From Candidatus Aenigmatarchaeota archaeon (GTDB lineage: Archaea; EX4484-52), in contig JAGLPV010000013.1 in the NCBI GenBank assembly GCA_023137195.1, forward strand, positions 1 to 22,677: 22,677 nt of DNA. The letters run 5' to 3'. Positions 1 through 8,519 of this stretch are shown in pieces. Each line of letters begins with the position of its first letter. The stretch's first letter is position 1. The notes under the pieces were generated by a model. The model did not search any database, was not told the DNA's origin, and worked only from the letters and a program-made list of their open reading frames with translations. Position numbers and translations under genes: made by a program.

Positions 1-664
1 CTTTAGTGTAATCAATTACCTTATCTGCTCCCAGGGATTTCACCAATTCTAAATTTGCAGTACTGCATACTCCGGTAACTTCTGCTCTAAAGTACTTAGC
101 AAGCTGTACTGCAAAAGTACCTACGCTCCCGGAAGATCCATAGATAAGAACTTTTTGTCCGCTCTGAATATCTCCTTTCTTTAGAAAATGCAGTGCTGTA
201 AGCCCTCCAATAGGGACGGCCGCTGCTTCATCATAGGTCATATTGGTCGGTTTTAGTGCTACTGCGTTAGCTCCGAACATACCTGTGGATAAAGGTTCTT
301 CAGGCATACAAATGTACTCAGCATAAGAACCAGAACTCAATCCAGTGGTAGTTCCAAAAACCTGGTCGCCTTCTTTAAATTGCTTTACGTCCTTGCCTAC
401 TGCTTCAATTTTCCCGGATAGCTCCATCCCCAATATATGTCTTTTTGGTTTTCTAAGACCAAACATCATTCGCGCGGGGAGCCGGAATAAGGGAGGGAAT
501 GTGGCACTTCGAAGTCTCACGTCCCCTGCTGTTACTGTTGCCGCATGTATTTTTATCAGTATTTCATTGTCCTTTGGAAAAGGTTTTGCTACATCTTTGA
601 GTTGAAGAACATTTGGCGGTCCGTATTTGTGATAAACAATAGCTTTCATTTTGTTTTCTTTCAT
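1..664 (-). CDS. NAD(P)-dependent MDR-family oxidoreductase (quinone reductase/alcohol dehydrogenase-like), 3' end outside window
   Basis: Not in the ORF track. Manual translation: [53 protein letters not shown]...[53 protein letters not shown]. GroES-like N-domain plus Rossmann GxxGxVG. ATG at 664 (alternative 649); TTTATAAA at 688-695. Confidence 0.9.
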   Translation of the reverse strand, partial: MKENKMKAIVYHKYGPPNVLQLKDVAKPFPKDNEILIKIHAATVTAGDVRLRSATFPPLFRLPARMMFGLRKPKRHILGMELSGKIEAVGKDVKQFKEGDQVFGTTTGLSSGSYAEYICMPEEPLSTGMFGANAVALKPTNMTYDEAAAVPIGGLTALHFLKKGDIQSGQKVLIYGSSGSVGTFAVQLAKYFRAEVTGVCSTANLELVKSLGADKVIDYTK

Positions 665-750
665 CTTTTTTTTATTAAAAATTAAAATTTATAAATATGT
701 TTATTTTCAATTTTATGCTCCAGTACACAACTCTTCACAGGGACAATATA

Positions 751-781
751 TTTATAAAGATATATGACACTCCATTCATAT
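751..781 (+). promoter_or_regulatory. TATA box plus putative ArsR operator palindrome
   Basis: TTTATAAA at 751-758. Inverted repeat ATATGA-N8-TCATAT at 762-781 overlaps the ATG at 780 of the ArsR gene. Confidence 0.55.
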
Positions 782-1076
782 GAAACACAATTCATATAAT
801 AATTTTTTTGTCAATTTTTCAAACAAGACAAAGTTCGACATTATCCATACATTAAGAGATAAATCATTAAGTGCCGGAGATATTGCAAAAGAACTAGATG
901 AAGAGCAGAGCAAAATATCCCACAACCTGCAAAAATTAACCAAGTGTCATATTTTGGATGTCGAGCAGCAGGGAAAACAAAGAATATATTGCCTGAACAA
1001 AGAGACAATTATCCCGATACTTGAATTGGCAGAAAAGCATGTTAAAAAATATTGTGTAAAGAGGTGTGATATATGA
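780..1076 (+). CDS. ArsR/SmtB-family winged-helix transcriptional regulator
   Basis: 98 aa with HTH pattern LSAGDIAKELDEEQSKISHNLQKL and wing QQGKQRIY. Four Cys, including C-terminal CVKRC. Confidence 0.88.
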   Translation: MKHNSYNNFFVNFSNKTKFDIIHTLRDKSLSAGDIAKELDEEQSKISHNLQKLTKCHILDVEQQGKQRIYCLNKETIIPILELAEKHVKKYCVKRCDI

Positions 1077-1291
1077 AGAAAAATAAGATTACAGAAGAGA
1101 CAGTTTTGTCTGAAGTTTTAGAATACCCAAATGCAGATCAGGTACTTTCAAAATATAAGTTCCCGTGCCTAACTTGCCCTATGGCAGCTTATGAAATAGG
1201 CATACTCAAGATAGGTGATGTTGCAAAAAGATACGGCATTGACATAGATGCATGCCTGGAAGAGCTGAATAAAGAGTGTTTCAAAGAATGA
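1073..1291 (+). CDS. DUF1858-domain CxxC protein
   Basis: 72 aa: KITEETVLSEVLEYP...FPCLTCPMA...IGDVAKRYGIDIDACLEELN. Upstream SD-like GAGGTG; ATG overlaps the ArsR stop. Confidence 0.8.
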   Translation: MKKNKITEETVLSEVLEYPNADQVLSKYKFPCLTCPMAAYEIGILKIGDVAKRYGIDIDACLEELNKECFKE

Positions 1292-1297
1292 TATAGT

Positions 1298-1999
1298 ATG
1301 TTAAAAATAAAAGATTTATGTGTGGAGGCAGATGAAAAGAAGATTCTGAACAACGTCTCTTTGGAGATAAAAAAAGGAACTTTTCATGTGCTTTTGGGTC
1401 CGAATGGTTCCGGGAAGACAACTCTTGCAAAGACAATAATGGGGCTGGATCATCATAAATTAAAAAAAGGACAGATTATTTTCGGGCAGGAAGACATTAC
1501 AAAACTAAAGCCAGAGGAAAGAGCAAAACTGGGAATTGCCCTTACATTCCAGCATCCTCCTGCAATAAAGGGAGTGAAACTTTCCGAGTTCCTAAACAGG
1601 ATTTCAAAGACAGATGCTTACAAAAAATACCTTACTACAGACCTCCTTGAAAGGCAAGTAAATGTCGGGTTTTCGGGGGGAGAATTAAAACATTCAGAAC
1701 TGGCACAGGTCTTTGCGACTGAGCCGAAATTTATAATTTTTGATGAAGTGGATTCGGGAATAGATATGAAGCGCCTGGAGACAATAACAAAAATGATTAA
1801 AGAATGGATTTCCCCGGATAATTCCGCTTTAGTCATAACGCACAACCCGAGAGTAATAGAATTACTTAAGCCGGACATAATTGATATTTTACTGGATGGA
1901 AAAATCACCTGTTCGACAAATAACTGGAATGAAATTTATTGTACTATAGCTAAATATGGATATGAAAAATGCAAAGAATGCAAATTATCTGCAGATTGA
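1298..1999 (+). CDS. sufC: Fe-S assembly ABC ATPase SufC (SmsC-type)
   Basis: Walker A GPNGSGKT, signature VNVGFSGGE, Walker B FDEVDSGID, H-loop ITH. C-terminal C-x19-CKEC motif typical of SmsC. Confidence 0.93.
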   Translation: MLKIKDLCVEADEKKILNNVSLEIKKGTFHVLLGPNGSGKTTLAKTIMGLDHHKLKKGQIIFGQEDITKLKPEERAKLGIALTFQHPPAIKGVKLSEFLNRISKTDAYKKYLTTDLLERQVNVGFSGGELKHSELAQVFATEPKFIIFDEVDSGIDMKRLETITKMIKEWISPDNSALVITHNPRVIELLKPDIIDILLDGKITCSTNNWNEIYCTIAKYGYEKCKECKLSAD

Positions 2000-2864
2000 C
2001 AATACAATCAGGCAAATGTATGCTTCAAAGGGAAACATAATTTTGCCAAGCAGAGAAGCATTTGAAAAATATGACTGGACAAGGAAATATTTTGTGGAAA
2101 AACCAAAAGAGGGATACTTTATATGGATAAAGGAACAAACAGATGCTCCTCTTTTTTCCTGCGTGAGCATCAAGACAAAAGATACACGACAGGAACTCAA
2201 CAACCTTGTTGTCATTGAGAAAGATTTAAAAATCAAGATTAGAGGCACCTGCAATTCAATGGAAGAAAAGATTTGCGGGGAGCATAAAGCAAAGGGCAAA
2301 ATTATTTTAAGGCAAAATGCAAGCCTGGACTACCAGCATACGCATAAATGGGGCAATAGCGATTCTGTAAAAACAGACTATGATTTTATTTTAGAGGAAA
2401 ATGCAACTCTTGAGTATAATTACAAAAATTTACACACTCCAAAAAATCTTTTTTTAAAGACCAGCGTTCATTCCCATAAGAATTCATCTGCGAATCTCAA
2501 TATTGTCATAAATGCTGTTGACTCAAAAATACAGGTAGAGGATGTCATTCATCTAAAGGAAAAAAACGCAAAAGGAATCTTGAGGTTCAGGTTTGTCGGG
2601 AGGAAAAACTCAGAAACCAAAACGACAAGCAGAATTGTCGCTGAAGCTTCTGCCGAAGGTCATCTGGACTGTCATGCTTTGCTTGTTGATGAAGATGCCA
2701 GCATTGTTCTTCGCCCTGAGCTGGAAAACAAGAACAAAGATTCCATATTGACACACGAGGCATCTGTCGGAAAAATTGCAGATGAACAGCTTGATTATTT
2801 GAGATGCAGGGGATTGAGCGAAAAACAGGCAATTGATTTGATTGTCGGCGGGTTTTTGAGATAA
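1956..2864 (+). CDS. sufB: SufB/SufD-family Fe-S scaffold (SmsB-type)
   Basis: GHLDCHALL, PELE, LTHEASVGKIADEQLDYLRCRGLSEKQAIDLIVGGFL. Directly follows sufC; exact start uncertain. Confidence 0.9.
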   Translation: MDMKNAKNANYLQIDNTIRQMYASKGNIILPSREAFEKYDWTRKYFVEKPKEGYFIWIKEQTDAPLFSCVSIKTKDTRQELNNLVVIEKDLKIKIRGTCNSMEEKICGEHKAKGKIILRQNASLDYQHTHKWGNSDSVKTDYDFILEENATLEYNYKNLHTPKNLFLKTSVHSHKNSSANLNIVINAVDSKIQVEDVIHLKEKNAKGILRFRFVGRKNSETKTTSRIVAEASAEGHLDCHALLVDEDASIVLRPELENKNKDSILTHEASVGKIADEQLDYLRCRGLSEKQAIDLIVGGFLR

Positions 2865-2957
2865 ATTGTATGATTTTACAAGAACTTGCAATGCAAAGAA
2901 GTAAGTTTATACACAAAAAAAGACAATCTATTTAAAAAAAACTATTTGGTTTCTTTT

Positions 2958-3977
2958 ATGGCAAAACTAAATATTGGTATTTTTGGCGCAACAGGAGAAG
3001 TAGGTAAAGAGATTATTGATGTCCTCCATAAATTGGACTTTCCGGTAAAGGAATTATTTTTATATGCGGGTAAATCGGCAGGCAAAACAATTGAAACGCC
3101 GTATGGCGACATTGTCGTTCAAAAAGCAGATACTGCTGACTATTCTGAATTAGATATAGCTCTTTGGGCAATTGGAGGAGAATGGTCTTTAAAGAACTGG
3201 GAAAGAGCAAAAGATTCTAAATGCTATGTCATTGACAATTCTTCTGCTTTTAGGTATGATGATGAAATTCCCTTGATTGTCCCGGAAATCAATGGAGATT
3301 TATTGAAAGAGAATCCCTCAAGACTGATTTCAAATCCCAATTGTACTACATCTATTGCCGCCATTCCATTGCATATATTAAATCAGATAGCAGGGATTGA
3401 AAAAATAATTTTTACGACATATCAATCTGCAAGCGGTGCCGGCAATGGCGGAAGACAGGAATTGATTGAACAAAGCAAAAATTACATCAAAAATGAAAGA
3501 GTAGAAAATAATATGTTTCAACACCCTCTGCCTTTTAACGTGATTCCGCATATTGATAAATTTAGAGATAATGGATATACAAAAGAAGAGATGAAAACAG
3601 ATTGGGAGTCCAGAAAGATTTTAGATTTGGATGACAGCGTGAAAATCACCAGTGGCTGTGTAAGAGTGCCTGTCGAAAGATCTCATGCAGAGGATATTGT
3701 TGTTGAGACAAAAAATCCTGTTGATTTGAATGAATATCGGGGTGCTTTGCGTAAAGAGCCGATGCTAAAACTTTGCGATAATCCGGAGAATAATGAGTAT
3801 CCGATGCCTATTAACACTTCAGGGAATTATGTTGTTGAGGTTGGAAGAATAAGAAAGCCGGAAGTTTTTGCCAATGGCATCAGGATGTTTGTTTGCGGAG
3901 ATCAGCTTTTGAGAGGAGCTGCACTAAATGCTGTTTTAATAGCTAAAAAACTCTACGACTTGGGAAAGTTTGATTGA
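2958..3977 (+). CDS. asd: Aspartate-semialdehyde dehydrogenase (bacterial-type)
   Basis: GATGEVG, VIDNSSAFRYD, catalytic SNPNCTT, TYQSASGAG, YTKEEMK, CVRVPV, GDQLLRGAALNAV. ATG at 2958 is preferred over 2886 because a TATA-like TTTAAAAA lies at 2931-2938. Confidence 0.95.
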   Translation: MAKLNIGIFGATGEVGKEIIDVLHKLDFPVKELFLYAGKSAGKTIETPYGDIVVQKADTADYSELDIALWAIGGEWSLKNWERAKDSKCYVIDNSSAFRYDDEIPLIVPEINGDLLKENPSRLISNPNCTTSIAAIPLHILNQIAGIEKIIFTTYQSASGAGNGGRQELIEQSKNYIKNERVENNMFQHPLPFNVIPHIDKFRDNGYTKEEMKTDWESRKILDLDDSVKITSGCVRVPVERSHAEDIVVETKNPVDLNEYRGALRKEPMLKLCDNPENNEYPMPINTSGNYVVEVGRIRKPEVFANGIRMFVCGDQLLRGAALNAVLIAKKLYDLGKFD

Positions 3978-4379
3978 TGCTCTTTTTCCCTTGTTTACAG
4001 CAATTGTAAGTATGATAGATGATTCTGTATTTTGAAGGAATTAGAAGAAGATTAATTTAAGTGAAACTACCAGTAAAATTACAAGTATTGTTTTCCGGAA
4101 TAATTCAGGATGGATTTTTTTTACACAATGGCATCAGGATGTTTGTTTGCGGAGATCAGCTTTTGAGAGGAGCTGCACTAAATGCTGTTTTAATAGCTAA
4201 AAAACTCTACGACTTGGGGAAATTTGATTGATGCTCTTTTTCCCTTGTTTACAGCAATTGCAAGTACGATAGATGATTCTGTATTTTGAAGGAATTAGAA
4301 GAAGATTAATTTAAGTGAAACTACCAGTAAAATTACAATTATTGTTTTCCGGAATACTTCGGGATGGATTTTTTTTACA
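3872..4379. repeat. 254-bp tandem duplication (3872-4125 and 4126-4379)
   Basis: Both copies start CAATGGCATCAGGATGTTTG and end GGATTTTTTTTACA; I count 7 substitutions. The unit contains the 3' ends of asd and of the convergent TSUP gene. Confidence 0.97.
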
Positions 4380-4428
4380 AAATGCTTTCCGATGTATGCT
4401 CCTGAAAATGTGCAAACAATCAATCCTA

Positions 4429-4511
4429 CTAGGATTTAGAGAAGTTTTTGCGTAGCAAAAATTTGGGTGAACGAGTGCAACGGAGTGAACCTTTAAATTC
4501 TTGTTATAATC
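4429..4511 (-). other. attC-like recombination site
   Basis: Minus strand: GATTATAAC-AAGAA-TTTAAAG...CTCTAAA-TCCTA-G|. In the circularised cassette R' becomes GTTATAATC, the perfect complement of R''. Arm mismatches are mostly A/C on the top strand and G-T on the bottom strand. Confidence 0.7.
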
Positions 4512-4647
4512 TTCCGTTAGGAACGAGGAAAAGTCTGCAAGACGGTTTTTGACGAAGTCAAAAAATTCCGAAGAGTAATTTCTGTGGACGACTGTCCATC
4601 ATTGGAGCTATGCGACTTTAAAAAACAAGCTATCCAAGGGAAAAAAA

Positions 4648-5037
4648 TCACTCAATTAATTCAATCGAATCAATTTTTAAATATGTATTTGTTGTATAAT
4701 ATTTCATACCCGGAATATCACATTTTTCGTTTACTGGATGTTGAGAACCATCAAAATAATCTTCTTCACAAGAATATATGTCCACTTCACTAATTAAGTC
4801 GCCTTTAATTTTAACAGTTTTATTAAAATATGGTTTTACCTTGTTCCAATCTGAATAGTCAAAATTAAATCCTTGTGGGAATATTACTAAGCTTTCGATA
4901 CATTTTCCAGCACCGTTACATAAATTTCCATATATTTTTCCAGAGATTTCAATATCTTGAGTGATTATTTTTGAATTAGAGCAACCACTTATTAATATGG
5001 AAGAAATTAATAATAAAGCAATAATAAATTTTTTCAT
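4648..5037 (-). CDS. Hypothetical lipoprotein (cassette cargo)
   Basis: MKKFIIALLLISSILISG|C lipobox-like signal and four further Cys. Very AT-rich; own TATATAAA at 5069-5062. Confidence 0.75.
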   Translation of the reverse strand: MKKFIIALLLISSILISGCSNSKIITQDIEISGKIYGNLCNGAGKCIESLVIFPQGFNFDYSDWNKVKPYFNKTVKIKGDLISEVDIYSCEEDYFDGSQHPVNEKCDIPGMKYYTTNTYLKIDSIELIE

Positions 5038-5759
5038 GATATTAAATTATAATTTTATTTTTTTATATACTTTTTGTTTTTTTGCTCCATCTAATTCTAA
5101 GGAGCCCACAGAAATTATTGATTATAACAATTAGCAATGTATCCTCTTTGGAAATTAAGGAATATTTTGAGTAAATCACTGTTTTTAGGATATTCAATAA
5201 AACTGCTGTTGCGGACATAGTGGCAATAAAATTCTCTTTTCTCAATCCAAGATGATTCAGGAGCGCAGCTTTTATTGCACTTCCTGTACCGATTATTCCT
5301 GCAAAAGATCCGTATACTCCGCCAGCTGCTGTTATGGCGTAATTATTGAGTTTGATGTGCTTTGTGAGCTTGAAGTGGTCGTTGACAATATAGAGCAGGA
5401 TTATTGCGCCCAGTAATTTCTTGATGATTTCGCCAGGGGCATGAACCATTAAAAAGGAACCAATAACTACAAGCGGAACTGCTCCTGCCCATATCAGGAA
5501 AGTGATTTTCCAGTCGATGTGCTTCCTAAAAAACACTAGTTGGTTATATTTGATGCGATAAAAAAGATTGTGATTATTGCAATTGCTTTTTTTAAGGGGA
5601 GGACAAATGAGGAGAATGGGATTAATATTAATGCGCCGCCAAACCCGAAAGTGGCGGAGATTATCGCGGAGATGAAAGCCAATAGGAGGAAAAGTATTTC
5701 ATTTATCATGATTGTTTAATAGCAAACAACTTTTTTAAAATTTAGAACACCAGACAACC

Positions 5760-6971
5760 ATGGATACCAAAAAAGATTTCCCTTGCTTAAATCAAAAGAT
5801 AGGTGGATTGAGTCCTGTTTACTTGGACTCTGCCTGTATGTCATTGAAGCCAAGATGTGTGATTGACAAGATGGTTGAATATTACGAACAATACAGCGGG
5901 TGCGGTGGAAGGTCAGCGCATAAATTCTCATCCAGAACCACAGAAGAAGTAGCAAAGGCAAGACAACTGGTATCTGACTTTATCGGTGCAAAGAAGCCAG
6001 AGCAGGTCCTTTTCACAAAGAATACAACAGAATCTATCAATCTGGTCGCAAAGAGCTTTAAATTCAAGCCAACAGATATTGTGCTTACAACAGACAAGGA
6101 ACATAATTCCAATCTTGTTCCATGGCTTTTGATGAGTCGCAACAAGATTATCAGACACAAAACAATCTCATCAAAACCAGACGGAAGTTTTGACATTGAA
6201 GCATTTAGGGATTTGATGCAAAGGGAGAAAGACATAAAGATGGTTTCTATAAACCATGTCTCAAATATAGATGGGTATAAAAACCCAATAAAAGAGATTA
6301 TTGAAATTGCTCACGACAATAATGCGGTTGTGCTTCTAGATGGGGCGCAAAGTGTCCCTCACACAAAAATAGATGTTGAAAAAGAGGATATTGATTTCCT
6401 TGCCTTTTCAGGGCACAAGATGTGCGGACCTACAGGGACTGGTGTGTTGTATGGAAAGGAAGAGTTATTGAATGAGTTGAATCCGTTTATTGTCGGTGGA
6501 GATACTGTTGAAGATGTGGATGGAGACAAGATTACTTTTTTGGAGATTCCTGAAAAATTCGAGGCAGGGCTACAGGACTATGCTGGTATTATTGGACTAG
6601 GGGAAGCTGCAAGATACTTAAGTGATATTGGAATAGAAAAAGTAGAAAAACATGTCAATGATTTGAATATATATCTTGACGAGAAAATAAAACAGATTGA
6701 AAATGTTAAGATTATTGGTTCTTCTGACCCTAAAAGAAGAAGCGGGATTACTAATGCAGTTGTCGAGGGAATCAATTCTCATGAGATTGCAATGTACCTG
6801 GATGAAGTGAAAAATATAATGGTCCGCGATGGGGCTCACTGCGTGCATAGCTGGTACAATAAAACAAAAACAAAGGCATCTCTTAGGGCATCCTTGTATT
6901 TGTATAATGATAAATCAGATATTGATGCTTATGTTGAAGGGTTGAAGGAATATATCGAGCTGATAAGATAA
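5760..6971 (+). CDS. sufS: Cysteine desulfurase, SufS (group II) type
   Basis: VYLDSAC, FTKNTTESIN, EHNSN, DGAQS, PLP lysine motif FSGHKMCGPTGTG, KFEAG, catalytic RDGAHC. Confidence 0.93.
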   Translation: MDTKKDFPCLNQKIGGLSPVYLDSACMSLKPRCVIDKMVEYYEQYSGCGGRSAHKFSSRTTEEVAKARQLVSDFIGAKKPEQVLFTKNTTESINLVAKSFKFKPTDIVLTTDKEHNSNLVPWLLMSRNKIIRHKTISSKPDGSFDIEAFRDLMQREKDIKMVSINHVSNIDGYKNPIKEIIEIAHDNNAVVLLDGAQSVPHTKIDVEKEDIDFLAFSGHKMCGPTGTGVLYGKEELLNELNPFIVGGDTVEDVDGDKITFLEIPEKFEAGLQDYAGIIGLGEAARYLSDIGIEKVEKHVNDLNIYLDEKIKQIENVKIIGSSDPKRRSGITNAVVEGINSHEIAMYLDEVKNIMVRDGAHCVHSWYNKTKTKASLRASLYLYNDKSDIDAYVEGLKEYIELIR

Positions 6972-7152
6972 ATTGTTATCTTTTTCTAAATCATTTGATC
7001 TGTCTGAGCTTACCAATAATCATTCCGATAAATTGGTCATTTTAATCTTCAAGACCTTTTCTGACTCGAAAAGAAAGATGAAGAGAGGCACGGAAACTGA
7101 TTAAACTACAATTGTAATAAATATATAAATACTCTTGCAGATATAATGCAAT

Positions 7153-8475
7153 ATGACTAAACAAATACTGACTGAAATGTTTTTAGAATGGAAAAACATT
7201 ATTTTACACCCAAATAAAACACTTTCTCATTTGAAAGATAGAAGTTTTTTAACTGTCTTTTTTTATATTGCCTTCGCAGGATTGATTGCAGGCTCTACAA
7301 ACAAACTGTTCAATGCACTATTAGGTAAACAAGCCATAGGGGTAGTTTTGTTTGGTCCTTTTTTGGCTGTTGGAATCTGGCTGGTGGCAGGAACTGTTTT
7401 GTGGATTTTTAGCAAGATATTTGGCGGAAAACAAGGTCTATCAAAATGGCTGATTTCTTTTGGCTCCGCCTACGCCCCTTTTGTTGCTCTTATAGGCATC
7501 CCTTATATAACCTATATTGTGCAGGTTTACGAGATATACATAATATATCTATCATTCAGGTATTTTACTAAATTGACCAGATTGAAGGCGGCAATCTCAT
7601 TATTGTCCTACGCAATTTTCATCTTACTGCTTTTCATATCAATAAATTCTCTTGTTCTTCATTTCTCCGCCCCAAAACTACAGATGACAAAGAACAATAT
7701 AACTCTGGATGCATATGTCGCTTGTGGAAAATACGGGGAATTAATAAAGTATAGCGAATGCGAACATCCAGAGAATTATAAAATAGTATTTTATGGTACA
7801 ACTGATTTTAATGCACTGGTTTCAGAAGACTTTAAAAGAGCCACAAGCCAAAACAATACGGATTTGTGCAAAAAATTGAATAATAGTGTTAATTGCATCG
7901 CCAGTATTGCGAAAAAACTTCAAAATAAATCAATCTGCGATGAAGCAGGAGACAATAAAGACAAATGCCTTGAAAGATACGAGCAGATTTTAACATTAAA
8001 AAAAATCTCCAAATGGACATATATGTCAAATAACATTTATTTATCTTTTAAGGATCTAGATAGTCTAAGAGTATTTGGGTGGCTACCACAACAAAAAGGT
8101 TGGGAGGGCATTCATCCAGAAATGAAAAAAGATATAGATGCGTATAATTTAGAGGTCGTCAGATACAATGAGATAATCAAGACGGAGAATCCGGAACTTT
8201 GCTTAGAATTATCATTTAAAGAAGTTTGCGTTGCGCATATGGGTATATTACAGAAAGACAGGCAGATTTGCGATATTCTTCATCAACTAAGTGACAAATG
8301 TTACAATATTTATGATAATCTGGAAATAAATAATGATTCTTATTATTGTGAAAAACAAAGAGATTGCGAAATCAAGCATCAAGAAGAAATAATAGAAGAA
8401 GACGCCTTTTGTAAGTACGGAGATTGGAAATGCGAGGAAAATAAATGCATTTGGATATGCCTTGAGCGGGTATAA
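7153..8475 (+). CDS. Yip1-domain membrane protein with Cys-rich extracellular C-terminal repeats
   Basis: N-terminal about 170 aa with about 5 TM segments (WKNIILHPNKTL...KIFGGKQG...YAPF). Followed by repeated LC..L...C...A....N/D..IC......DKC units. Confidence 0.7.
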   Translation: MTKQILTEMFLEWKNIILHPNKTLSHLKDRSFLTVFFYIAFAGLIAGSTNKLFNALLGKQAIGVVLFGPFLAVGIWLVAGTVLWIFSKIFGGKQGLSKWLISFGSAYAPFVALIGIPYITYIVQVYEIYIIYLSFRYFTKLTRLKAAISLLSYAIFILLLFISINSLVLHFSAPKLQMTKNNITLDAYVACGKYGELIKYSECEHPENYKIVFYGTTDFNALVSEDFKRATSQNNTDLCKKLNNSVNCIASIAKKLQNKSICDEAGDNKDKCLERYEQILTLKKISKWTYMSNNIYLSFKDLDSLRVFGWLPQQKGWEGIHPEMKKDIDAYNLEVVRYNEIIKTENPELCLELSFKEVCVAHMGILQKDRQICDILHQLSDKCYNIYDNLEINNDSYYCEKQRDCEIKHQEEIIEEDAFCKYGDWKCEENKCIWICLERV

Positions 8476-8519
8476 TTTCTATAGAAAATTATCTAACAAG
8501 AATATTAACAATTCTATAA

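Larger units (their letters stand above)
4429..5127 (-). mobile_element. Integron-like gene cassette inserted at a secondary site
   Basis: Minus-strand junctions CTAATTG|TTATAATC and AAATCCTAG|TAGGATTG. Deleting 699 bp restores ATT GTA GGA TTG in frame. Contains one ORF plus a terminal attC-like foldback; no transposase and no target duplication beyond the shared GT. Confidence 0.75.
4295..5709 (-). pseudogene. TauE/SafE (TSUP) sulfur-compound transporter, frameshifted and interrupted by a cassette
   Basis: N-terminus MINEILFLLLAFISAIISATFGFGGALILIP (ATG 5709). A 1-nt deletion near 5541 gives ACC AAC TAG where ACC AAA CTA GTG would keep the frame. The middle part has GSFAGIIGTGSAIK...LRKENFIATMS. 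The C-terminus GLIVCTFSGAYIGKHFVKKIHPEVFRKTIIVILLVVSLKLIFF* lies at 4428-4295. Reconstructed length is about 238 aa. Confidence 0.88.

Noticed and set aside
345-605. 86-aa + strand ORF, and the many other short ORFs antisense to or nested in recognised genes
   Set aside because: They are shadow frames of well-supported genes (here the minus-strand MDR oxidoreductase) and have no motifs of their own.
2886-2957. N-terminal extension of Asd
   Set aside because: Not Asd-like and spans the TATA-like element; the true start is more likely 2958.
3872-4640. Possible CRISPR array or IS with terminal inverted repeats
   Set aside because: No regularly spaced short repeats, cas genes, transposase or target-site duplication. 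The signals are explained by one tandem duplication and an attC-like foldback.
5063-5536. 157-aa ORF as a complete gene
   Set aside because: It is the middle fragment of the TSUP pseudogene; its last residues (IINNFCGLL...) are read-through into the cassette.
6972-7152. Possible gene remnant on the minus strand after sufS
   Set aside because: Only short interrupted frames with no recognisable family.
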